DNA of 64,000 nt from positions 238,021-302,020 of the forward strand of contig CAVVIH010000001.1 in the NCBI GenBank assembly GCA_963748295.1, written 5' to 3'. Shown piece after piece: positions 28,858 to 38,111 of this stretch. A program made the position numbers and the translations under genes. The notes beneath the pieces were generated by a model that saw nothing but the letters and a program-made list of their open reading frames with translations, had not been told where the DNA came from and did no database searches. The stretch is from an uncultured Acidobacteriota bacterium. GTDB lineage: Bacteria > Acidobacteriota > Vicinamibacteria > Vicinamibacterales > 2-12-FULL-66-21. Each line of letters starts with the position of its first letter. Position 1 is the first letter of the stretch.

Positions 28858-31228
28858 TTAATGAACTGATGTGCCGGGAGGCTGCGGGAGTATTGGCTGC
28901 TCGCGTCCAATCGCGCTCCGCATGAGAATCTCGAGGCTTGAACCATCAACTGGAGCACTTGCCACGCCAATAACGAGCTGGAGATGGGTAGCTAGCTCGT
29001 TAGAAAGCTCCTGTGACAACAGTGCCGAGACGCGAGTGGCAACGCCGAGAGCATCTGACAAGCCAGTCTGCGGTAGCAGCACCAAAAACTGATCTGTCTT
29101 ATGCCGGAGCAGCAGATCAACCGTCCGTAACCCTTTCTTAATGCCCTCGGCAATGCGATCGAGATCAGCACTTGAACCTTCATCGCGAAAACTGTCGGGC
29201 CGATGAGATATTTTCACAGTTACGACGATAATCGATACGTCGGACGCGGGGGTGAAGTCCGTAGTAACGAATCCCGGCTGAACCGTAGCTTGCATTCCCG
29301 ACGTTGAGAGCTTGCTCTCGATCGGCGGCTCAATCTTCAATGACGGCGCAACTTGTTTCACAATGCCTTCAACGATGCGGCGATGGTCTTCTCCGAATCC
29401 AGCCTCACTAGTCGAGTAGAGCGTTAGTACACCAATCAGATCATCTCCAGAGATCATTGGTGTATCCAGGCAGTTTTGAAGTGGTCTCAACCTCCGACCC
29501 ATATCGCCCAAATCAAGGACTGGATCCGAATTGACGATAGTTCGCTTATTAGCGGCAACCCAGCCGGTCAAACGTTCGCCACGATGAATGCGCAGCCCTA
29601 ACACGTGAGTTGAGTACCTCACCATTGGCTTGCGTGGCTACAAGATCATCGGTGGTTACTTCATACCTATAGAAAACGGATGTCGTCGCTGGAACCAGCC
29701 GCCTCAGGTGCGTAAACACTTCCTCAATGACCTGCGCACCGTCTGACCGACCAGACAAGGCTATGGCAAGGTCATACAAGACCATCATCTCTTCTGTGCT
29801 CGCGGCGATATCATTCAGGCGCGTTGTTCGCCCTGTCTGATCGGATGAAGTGCCGCCGCGAGCAATGCTTGAGAAGGCAAGTGTAGTGGTCGCAGCCGCA
29901 CGAAGTTCCTGACGAGCAACTGAGTGAACTTCGATGAAGGCGTCAACGATGATGGGATCGTACATAGAGCCGCGTCTATCGAGCAGGATTTTTATGGCGT
30001 CAGCGTCAGGTAGGCGCGGGCGATAAGGACGGTCTGATGTAAGAGCGTCAAAACAATCCACGACAGAAAGGATACGGGCGCCGATCGGAATCTCCGCGCC
30101 TCTCAGACCATCAGGATAGCCAGAACCATCCCAGTTCTCGTGGTGATGTCGAACGATCGGGACGACCGGGTATGGGAAATCGATCGCGGACAGAATATCT
30201 GCTCCGACGCTGGCGTGAAGCTTCATCTTCTCAAATTCCGCAGCGGTCAACTTACCTGGCTTGTTCAAGATATATTCAGGGACTGCAAGTTTTCCCATGT
30301 CGTGAAGAAGTGAGGCCGCTTCTATTGCGCTGATTTGAATCTGCTCTTTTACTCCAATATGTTTGGCAAGTTGGACCGCGTATTGCTGCACTCGCCTAAT
30401 GTGCCCGTGGGTGATCTGATCCTTGGCGTCGATCGCCATGGCCAGCGTCTCGATCGTCGACAGGTAGAGCTTATTGAGTTCGCTCAAGTGTCGATTCGCA
30501 TCGTCGACGCGGCCCAGGGCTGCCTTGAAAGTCAAATAAAAAATGAGGAGAACCGGAAGCAAAACACCAGTGACGTAGAGGAAGGCATCATAAGTGTTCG
30601 CCTGTAGCAAGTAGGGCAGGAGAAGCGCAGCGACCGAAGCCCCGCTGAAGTAGTTGAGAGACAGCCATAAGAAATTCTGTTTCCAAATCGTAAATGCTGC
30701 TTGTCCCTTCTGGAACGACACAGCAAACGCTACCAGCCAGCTGTTCAGCAGAAAATACAGCGCGGCCAATCCAAAGAGCGGAAGAACCACTGATAATACT
30801 GGTTGAGGCGTAACAGAGAGGGGATCTATCCGCGCAACTACGTAGAAGCCAGTGGACGCCGTCCAAATCGCTACAGCTGCGGCTGCGACGTTAAAGAAAA
30901 CTCTCGAAATTGGAATCGAGCTACGTCCCAGCCAGAAAGAAATGACTAAGGTGTCAAGTACTACAATCATGGTTGCGGCTGCGGGACCAAATAGAAGGAC
31001 AGCCGCAAATACAAACGTGTCTGAGACGGATAGTCGAGCGGAGACTCCAGGAATACGAACAGTGAAGGACCCACTCAATAGAGTGAGCACTGCTAGCATC
31101 GCCCATTGCGGCGGAATCGGTCTTTGGGCCAGCGACCAAATTGAATGCAGTACCGCAAAGACGCCGGCTAGAACGACGCTTGCTACATAAATACGTCCGG
31201 CATCTCCGAGTTTCTCTCGGGCGCGCAT
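28858..31228 (-). CDS. multi-TM sensor + HD-GYP phosphodiesterase + GAF + degenerate GGDEF domain (frame break near 29620)
   Basis: ORF 29549..31228 has about 7 TM segments, then HGHIRRVQQYA...LLHDMGKLAVPEYILNKPGKL...HHHENWDGSGYPDGL...VDCFDALTSDRPYR, then the start of a GAF domain (MMVLYDLAIAL...VFYRYEV). ORF 28858..29625 continues the GAF (GERLTGWVAANKRTIVNSDPVLDLGD). A GGDEF-like fold follows, with KTDQF where GGDEF is expected (DLLLRHKTDQFLVLLPQT). Confidence 0.75.
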
Positions 31229-31320
31229 TCGAACTCCCTGTAACCCTAGTCTCCCCAGATGATAAGTCGGCTCATCTGTTTGCTCCTTCTAGTATAGGGA
31301 CCATTGGTTGAAGTGCGGCT

Positions 31321-32993
31321 TCAATCAGCACGAACAACAGCGTCAGCCCAGACGATAGTGTCGGCCCAGACAATAGTGTCAGCCCACACGATGGTGTCGG
31401 CCCAGACGATTGTGTCCGACCACACCAGCGTGTCGGCCCAGACGATGGTGTCGGCCCAGACGATGGTGTCGGCCCAGACGATGGTGTCAGCCCAGACGAT
31501 GGTGTCAGCCCAGACGATAGTGTCGGCCCAGACGATAGTGTCGGCCCAGACGATGGTCTTAGCTCTCGATTTCTGAGAAATCGCGTATCGAGGGAGGAGT
31601 CCTTGTGGAGTGGATGCGTCATTGAATGCCAGACCCGACCGAAGGACTATCTCTCCGCCGATACTGATCGGCCCGCGATAAGTTTCTTCGCCAGCCCCAC
31701 CGCCGCCAGCGCATTCAGGCTCCCCGCCCCCGCCTCGATCAGCCCGGCCCCCTTCACCCGCGAGCTCGTGACCTGCAGGATCAGCTTGATCTCCGCCGGC
31801 GACAGGTTCGGCCGCGCCTCGAGGACCAAAGCGGCGGCGCCCGAGACGACGGCGGTCGACATGCTCGTGCCGCTCATCTCCATGTAGGCGCTGGTGCCGT
31901 CGCTCGTCACCACCCGCTCGGGATAATCCCGCGCCAGCGTGCTCGAGGCCATCACCGCCGACACGATGCGATTGCCCGGCGCCGCGAGCTCCGGCTTGAG
32001 CACGCCGTCGATCACGGACGGACCGCGCGAGCTGTAGGTCGCCATGATGTCGTCGGACCGCTCGGCGGTGCCGCGCGTGTTGAGCGCCCCCACCGTCAGC
32101 GCGAACGGCGAGTTGCCCGGCGACACGATTCCGCCCACCACCGGCTTCCCGTCGTCGGTCTTGCCGAAGTTGCCGGCCGCCGCGACGACGAGGATGCCCT
32201 CTTCGGTCGCCCGCTGCACGGCCTGGCACAGCGGATCGTCCTTGTACGACTCCAGCACCGGCTTGCCGAGCGAGAGGTTGATGATCCGGATGTTGTATTC
32301 GCGCTGGTGTGCGACGGCCCAGTCGATCGCTTCGATCACGTCGCTGGTCGTGCCCGACCCGTCGTCGCTGATCGCGCGGAGGCTGACGATGTGCGCGCCC
32401 GGCGCCACGCCGCGTTCACCGGCGGCGCCGCCCGAGATGATGCCCGCGACGTGCGTGCCGTGGCCGTAGCCGTCCGGATCGCCCGAGGACGAGTCCGTGA
32501 AATCAACCGACGCCACCACGCGGCCCGCGAGGTCGCGGTGATTGCCGACGCCGGAGTCGATGATCGCGACGCCGATGCCGCGGCCGGAATACGCGGAGAT
32601 GCCCTGGAGCGCCCCGCTCCACACCTGGTCGGCGCCAATCGCGCTGGTCGTGACGGCCATCATCCGCCGCACCGGCGCATCGCTCGAAACGGAGTCGACC
32701 TCGGGGTCCTGCGTCAGCGCATCCAGCTGACCGCCGCTGACTTCGAGAACCGCGCCGTTCCGGAGCGTCTTGAGGACGCGGACGCCGTACCGGGTCGCGA
32801 GCGTGTCGATCTGCTCGCGGCTGCCCGAGACGATGACCCGAGTGCTCGACTGGTCCCCAGCCGCCAGTCGGTCGACAAGATCCTTCGACAGCCGCGCCCG
32901 CCGAGGGCCGGCCTGTGCCGCCGCAACCACCAGTAGCGCGATCGCCAGGGTGGCGAGGCTGCGGAGAAACGTGCGTCGAACGAGAGTCATCAT
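31321..32993 (-). CDS. secreted S8 subtilisin-like protease (signal peptide, I9-like propeptide) with a C-terminal (TIVWAD)n array (frame break at the C-run 31672..31674)
   Basis: ORF 31647..32993: MMTLVRRTFLRSLATLAIALLVVAAAQA; VAIIDSGV (Asp), HGTHVAGII (His), GTSMSTAVVSGAAAL (Ser). After ...GLAKKLIAG, a 1-nt shift joins the frame of ORF 31321..32229: PISIGGEIVLRSGLAFNDASTPQGLLPRYAISQKSRAK(TIVWAD)n. Confidence 0.8.
31324..31557 (-). repeat. 13 head-to-tail 18-bp units encoding TIVWAD (one TLVWSD, last unit AVVRAD)
   Basis: Directly visible: GTCGGCCCAGACGATGGT-type units with mostly third-position differences. Open in several frames (ORFs 31272..31622, 31304..31576, 31321..32229). Confidence 0.95.
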
Positions 32994-33051
32994 GTGACCG
33001 CCGCCTAAGTTATTCAGTCAGCAGGGAAATCAGGTGGACGCGGGTAATGAA

Positions 33052-33067
33052 GGCACGCGACGTGCCA
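33052..33067 (-). promoter_or_regulatory. candidate sigma-54 (-24/-12) promoter upstream of subtilase 1
   Basis: The minus strand reads TGGCACGTCGCGTGCC, against the consensus TGGCACG-N4-TTGCW. GG and GC are correctly spaced, and 10 of 12 specified positions match. It lies about 60 nt upstream of the ATG at 32993. The element is palindromic (GGCACG cga CGTGCC). Confidence 0.4.
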
Positions 33068-33312
33068 CTCTCATCAATTGATGCCGATCGCCGATCGGCG
33101 GCGGGCGCTGATATGTCAGGAACGAACTCTTTGGTGCAGTTTAGTTGCGAGGAAGAAAACCTGTCGGCTACCATGTGCACATCCCGGAATCACGTGCGCA
33201 CGGTGATCAGCCAACAAGTTGGCCGCCCCGGCCAAAATCGGCATCTGGGTAGCGCTTACCCGCCGAAATAGCTAGGAAAACCCGCATTTGGCACCGGGCA
33301 AGTAATTGGCCG

Positions 33313-35068
33313 GTGAGTTCATTAGTGGCCCGAACATCGAAGACGCTCGGTCTCATCGTGATCCTCGGGATCGCCGCCGGCGCCGCGTGGCGCTTCAGGA
33401 CGCACGCGCCGGACGCGGTGCCGGACCGCGAAAACCTGCGCATTGTTCGCGGCGGCGAGCTGGTCGCCTCGCTTCGATCCGATCCCGCGACCTACAACCG
33501 CTACATCCGGCCGGGGGCCAGCGCGGCGACCGAGGTGGTCACGCAGCTCGTTCACGCGCGGCTGATCCGGGTCAACAGGTCGACGGATGAAATCGAGCCG
33601 TCGCTCGCCGAATCGTGGACCCGATCGGACGATGGATTGACTTACACCCTCCGGCTGCGCCGGGATGCGGCCTTCTCGGACGGGATGCCGTTCACGTCGG
33701 CTGATGTCCTTTTCTCGTTCCGCGCAGCGTACGACGAGGGGGTGAAGAGTCCGATTCGGACGTCACTGGAGGTCGCCGGCAAGCCGTTGCAGGTTACCGC
33801 GCCGGATTCGAACACGGTGGTGATCGTGTTTCCGCAGGCGTTTGCGCCCGGCCTCCGGCTGCTGGACAACCTGCCGATTCTCCCAAAGCACAAGCTCGAA
33901 GCGGCCCTCAACGGCGGCACGTTCGCCGAGCAGTGGGCCCCATCGAAGCCTCTTGGCGACATCGCCGGCCTGGGTCCGTTCACGCTCGTCGAGCACGTGT
34001 CGGGCCAGCGGCTGGTGTTCGCCCGGAACCCGCGATACTTCCGCAAGGACGACCGGGGTGAATCGCTGCCGTATCTCGATCGCCTGACGCTGGCAATCGT
34101 TCCGGACCAGAACACCGAAGCGCTTCGCCTCGAGGCGGGGGAGACCGACCTCATGGTGAATGGCGAGATCCGGCCGCAGGATTACGCGGCGTTCAAGCGC
34201 GCCGCGGACGAAGGCCGCGTCCGGCTCCTCGATGTCGGGGTCGGCCTCGACCCTGATTTCCTGTCATTCAACCTGCGGGCCGCGAAGCAGGCCGATCCGC
34301 GCTGGGGGTGGCTCGGACGCCGCGAGTTCCGTCAGGCGATCGCGTGGGGGGTCGATCGGCAGGCGATCGCCGACACGGTGTACCTCGGGGCGGCGGTTCC
34401 CATCTCGACGCCGGTCTCGCCCGGCAACCGGACCTGGTACTCGAAGGACCTGCCGGCGTTCAATCACGATCCGGCGCGGGCGCGGCAGCTGCTCGCGTCG
34501 CTCGGCCTGCGCGATGCGAACGGGGACGGTACTCTCGAGGACAAGTCCGGCGCGCCCGTGCGCTTCTCGATCCTGACCCAGGGCGGTCACAACCGCGAGC
34601 GAGTCGTCTCCGTTCTGCAGTCGCAGCTGGGCGCCCTCGGAATCGCGATCGACATCGTCGCGCTCGATCAGGGAGGCCTCTTCCAGCGGTGGAGCTCCGG
34701 CGACTACGACGCGATGTACTTCGGTCTCCAGGCCAGTTCCACCGACCCCTGGCTCAATCCCGAGGTACTGGCTCAGCTCCGGAGGATTTCACTTGTGGAA
34801 TCCGGCGCAACCAGCGCCGGCGACCGATTGGGAGGCCCGCATCGATACGCTGATGCGATCGACGGCCGGCGCACCGGATCTGGCCGCGCGCCAATCGGCA
34901 TTTGCCGACGTTCAGCGCATCCTGATCGAAGAGCTGCCCGCCATCTACTTCGTGACCCCGCGGCTGACCCTTGCGACGTCGCACAAGGTGGTGAACCCGA
35001 CACCGGCGCCGCAGAGTCCGCAACTGCTCTGGCGTGCCGAGACCCTCGCCTCGGCCGGCGCGCGCTGA
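33313..35068 (+). CDS. ABC transporter substrate-binding protein, family 5 (peptide/nickel, DppA/OppA-like) (frame break near 34760)
   Basis: ORF 33313..35160: IEPSLAESWTRSDDGLTYTLRLRRDAAFSDGMPFTSADVLFSF, GLGPFTLVEHVSGQRLVFARNPRYF. C-terminal part in ORF 34793..35068: WNPAQPAPATDWEARIDTLM...ELPAIYFVTP. Confidence 0.8.
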
Positions 35069-35069
35069 C

Positions 35070-36017
35070 GTGCCTCCAGGTTTCCTGCGCTTCGTCGTCC
35101 GCCGCACCATTTTTGCCGCGCTTCTCGTCGTGGTGGTGTCGTCGGCCGCCCTGGCGTTGATCTCGGCGGCCCCCGGCGGGCACCTCGCCGGCTTCGACCT
35201 GACCCCCGAGATCGTCGCCGCGGAGCGGGCGCGCCTCGGACTGGATCGGCCGTTCATCCAGCAGTACGCAGACTGGCTCGGGAAAGCGATCCGGCTCGAC
35301 TTCGGCGAATCCCTCAGATATCGACGGCCGGTTCAGGATCTCGTCAGGGAGCGCGCCTGGAACACCGTGGTGCTTGGCAGCGCCGCACTCCTGCTCGCGA
35401 CGGTGCTCGGAATTCCGGCGGGGATTTTCACCGGCAGCCGCACGAGCGCGCTCGCATCGCTGATGCGAGGCGTGTCGATGGTGCTGCTGTCGGTGCCGCC
35501 GCTGGTGACGTCTTTCTTGCTGCTGTACATCGCGGCGCGGACGCGCTGGCTGCCGGTCGGCGGGTTCGGCGGCGGCGCGCCGTCGAACGGCGCCCAGATG
35601 CTTCTGTATCTCGTCTTGCCGTGCCTCGCGCTGGCGATGCCGATGGCGGCGACGCTCGAACGCCTTCAATCACAGACGATGCGCGACGCGATGATGGAAC
35701 CGAGCATCGAGGCGGCACGCGCGCGCGGATGTTCGATCGCCCGGGTGATCTGGCGGCACGCGCTGCGCCTTTCGCTCAAGCCGGTCGTCGCCCTCTACGG
35801 GATCTTCCTCGGCAGCGTGCTGAGCGGATCGTTTGCGGTTGAAATCATCATGTCGTGGCCGGGGCTTGGCGCGCTGACGTATGAGGCGCTCGTCGCGAGA
35901 GATCTCTTTCTCGTCGCCGGCTGTGCCGCGGCCGGCGCCGCCTTCCTCGCCGCCGGCGTACTCGTATCCGACATTGCGCTCGCCGTCATCGATCCACGCG
36001 TCACGGAGGCGCATTGA
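35070..36017 (+). CDS. ABC transporter permease (DppB/OppB-like)
   Basis: The GTG at 35070 lies 2 nt after the SBP stop. FLRFVVRRTIFAALLVV..., LGLDRPFIQQYADWLGKAIRLDFGESL, six TM segments. Confidence 0.8.
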   Translation: MPPGFLRFVVRRTIFAALLVVVVSSAALALISAAPGGHLAGFDLTPEIVAAERARLGLDRPFIQQYADWLGKAIRLDFGESLRYRRPVQDLVRERAWNTVVLGSAALLLATVLGIPAGIFTGSRTSALASLMRGVSMVLLSVPPLVTSFLLLYIAARTRWLPVGGFGGGAPSNGAQMLLYLVLPCLALAMPMAATLERLQSQTMRDAMMEPSIEAARARGCSIARVIWRHALRLSLKPVVALYGIFLGSVLSGSFAVEIIMSWPGLGALTYEALVARDLFLVAGCAAAGAAFLAAGVLVSDIALAVIDPRVTEAH

Positions 36018-37039
36018 CACGCCCTGCGCCGCGCGCGATCGGCATCGCGATCATCGCCCTGCTTGCGGCCGCCGCCGCCGGAGCGAACGTCATTCGCGTC
36101 AATGCTCCCGATCGGCAGTTCTCCGATTTCGTATTCGCGCCGCCCATGCCGATCCGAATCTTCGATCGCGATGGCACGCTGCGGATGCCGTTCGTCTATC
36201 CCTTGCGTCTTCAGAGCCGGCTCGAACGCACCTTCGCCGAAGACCGTGATCATCCGATGCCGCTGCGGTTTTTTTCGGGGGGCAAGCTGATTACCACGGC
36301 TGACAGCGGGTCGCCATGGTTCCCGCTCGGAACCGACGCGCTCGGCCGGGACGTTTTCGCGCGGCTCGCCACCGGCAGCCGCCTCTCGCTCGGCGTGGCG
36401 TTCGCGGCCGCCGCGGGCGCGTTGCTGATCGGCGCGCTGGCCGGCGCGATCGCCGGACTCCTGGGCGGGCGCATCGACGACGTGCTGATGCGTGTGTCGG
36501 AATTCATCCTCGCGCTGCCGGCGCTCTACGTGGTCCTGGCACTGCGGGCCGCGGCGCCGCTCATCCTCAGCACGGCGCAGATCTTCTGGATCATGGTCAC
36601 CGTCTTCGCGCTCGTCGGATGGCCCTTCGCGGCGCGCGGCGTCCGCGCCATCGTTGCCGCCGAACGGACACGGGAGTACGCAGAAGCTGCGCGATCGATC
36701 GGCGCTTCCCGTACGCGTTTGTTGCTACGTCACCTCCTGCCTGCCACGCGTGGCTTTCTCGTCGTGCAGGCAACCCTGCTCCTCCCGGCGTTCATCCTGG
36801 CTGAAGCGACTCTGTCCTTTGCAGGTCTTGGATTTGGCGAGCCGACACCGAGCTGGGGAGTGATGCTTCAGGAGGCGGGCAGGGGGCGCACACTCGCCGA
36901 TGCTCCCTGGCTCCTGGCCCCCGCCGGCGCGATTGCCGCCCTCGTTTTTGCCGTCAACCTCTTCACAGGAGCGACCGTTTCTGCACACCCGCGCCTGACG
37001 TCATCAGATAAATCACGCGTTATCAATGATTTATCGTGA
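36014..37039 (+). CDS. ABC transporter permease (DppC/OppC-like)
   Basis: Overlaps the upstream stop codon. PLGTDALGRDVFARLATGSRLSLGVAF, EYAEAARSIGASRTRLLLRHLLP (EAA-like loop). Confidence 0.8.
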   Translation: MTRPAPRAIGIAIIALLAAAAAGANVIRVNAPDRQFSDFVFAPPMPIRIFDRDGTLRMPFVYPLRLQSRLERTFAEDRDHPMPLRFFSGGKLITTADSGSPWFPLGTDALGRDVFARLATGSRLSLGVAFAAAAGALLIGALAGAIAGLLGGRIDDVLMRVSEFILALPALYVVLALRAAAPLILSTAQIFWIMVTVFALVGWPFAARGVRAIVAAERTREYAEAARSIGASRTRLLLRHLLPATRGFLVVQATLLLPAFILAEATLSFAGLGFGEPTPSWGVMLQEAGRGRTLADAPWLLAPAGAIAALVFAVNLFTGATVSAHPRLTSSDKSRVINDLS

Positions 37040-37266
37040 CTGTCTCAAGAGTGTTCCAGACCTGACATCGGTGTGACGGAATTGAACATAGGGGTAACCC
37101 ACTAATTGCTTGCTATTTAGCCTTCCGTCAAAGACAAATTACAGCCTTGTATGTTCCAGGATGGTGCACGATGATCGTCCTGAGGCCCGGTCCAACAGTT
37201 CCGTATTTCTCAGCAAGTCTCAGTTCGGCAAGTAGATAGCTCACCTTTGCGCAAGCCCGGCCGTCG

Positions 37267-37282
37267 TGGCCGACGCCTTGCT
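37267..37282 (+). promoter_or_regulatory. candidate sigma-54 (-24/-12) promoter upstream of the GNAT-subtilase-GNAT unit
   Basis: TGGCCGACGCCTTGCT against the consensus TGGCACG-N4-TTGCW. GG and GC are correctly spaced and TTGCT is a perfect -12 element. It lies 70 nt upstream of the ATG at 37352, in a 310-bp lower-GC non-coding spacer. Confidence 0.45.
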
Positions 37283-37351
37283 CTGCCGGTGGCTGTCAAC
37301 AAGGTGTGTCTTCGCCGCCCGCGGGCGCACACACCCAGGAGCAAAAAGACC

Positions 37352-38005
37352 ATGGCGACCTCGATGTCAGACCCCGTCGGACAGCAGCTCGCGACGAACG
37401 TGATTCCGGCGGCAGTCCAGGAAAGTGACTGGCGCAAGCGGCTCCCGGTGATCGCGGGGCGCGGCGTCACCCTGCGCGAGTTGCGGGCCGGCGACGCGCC
37501 GGCGTTGCTCGAGTTGCTCGCGACCAGCGAGGTCGCCCAGTTCATTTCGCCGCCACCGACGACGGTCGACGGGTTCGAGCGCTTCATTTCATGGGCGCAG
37601 CAGGAACAGCGGGAAGGCCGCTACGTGTGCTTCGCGGTCGTGCCCGAGGGCATGTCGACGGCGGTCGGGATCTTTCAGGTTCGGAAGCTCGAACCGCAGC
37701 TCGGCACCGCCGAGTGGGGTTTCGCGCTCGGCCGCGCCTACTGGGGCTCGGGAATCTTCGCGGCTTCGGCGCGGCTCGTCGTCGACTTCGCGTTCGAGAC
37801 CGTCGGCGTGCATCGTCTCGAAGCGCGTGCGGCGGTCGCGAACGGGCGCGGCAACGGCGCGCTCGCGAAAATCGGCGCGGTGAAGGAAGGTCTGCTGCGC
37901 AGGAGCTTCCTGCGGCACGGGCAGTATCACGACCAGACGCTCTGGTCGATCGTGCGGGAAGACTGGCGGCGGTCGAAAGCAGTGTGGGGGGACGTGGTGC
38001 ACTGA
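37352..38005 (+). CDS. GNAT family N-acetyltransferase (RimJ/RimL-like)
   Basis: Internal Met of ORF 37247..38005. VTLRELRAGDAPALLELL, EWGFALGRAYWGSGIF, GVHRLEARAAVANGRGNGALAKIGAVKEGLLRRSF. No signal peptide. Confidence 0.8.
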   Translation: MATSMSDPVGQQLATNVIPAAVQESDWRKRLPVIAGRGVTLRELRAGDAPALLELLATSEVAQFISPPPTTVDGFERFISWAQQEQREGRYVCFAVVPEGMSTAVGIFQVRKLEPQLGTAEWGFALGRAYWGSGIFAASARLVVDFAFETVGVHRLEARAAVANGRGNGALAKIGAVKEGLLRRSFLRHGQYHDQTLWSIVREDWRRSKAVWGDVVH

Positions 38006-38111
38006 TTCCGAAAAGCTCTTTGACCCACCGCCCGCGAAACGGGCGGGTATCCAGAGCGGCGACAACGTGACCACTTCCGGAAGCGACGGAAGGTATAGAA
38101 GGGACGGAGTG

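Noticed and set aside
27670-31320. The low-GC stretch might be a classical mobile genomic island or prophage remnant.
   Set aside because: No integrase, transposase, phage gene, tRNA attachment site or flanking direct repeats are visible. Only the compositional shift is supported.
31324-31557. The regular 18-bp tandem array could be mistaken for a CRISPR array or a non-coding satellite.
   Set aside because: There are no spacers between units. The period is a multiple of three, the differences are synonymous, and the same peptide motif is translated in frame in the second subtilase.
33288-33304. TTGGCACCGGGCAAGTA just upstream of the SBP start codon looks like a sigma-54 -24 box.
   Set aside because: The -12 position reads AAGT and lacks the invariant GC. 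The element would also place the transcription start on top of the annotated start codon.
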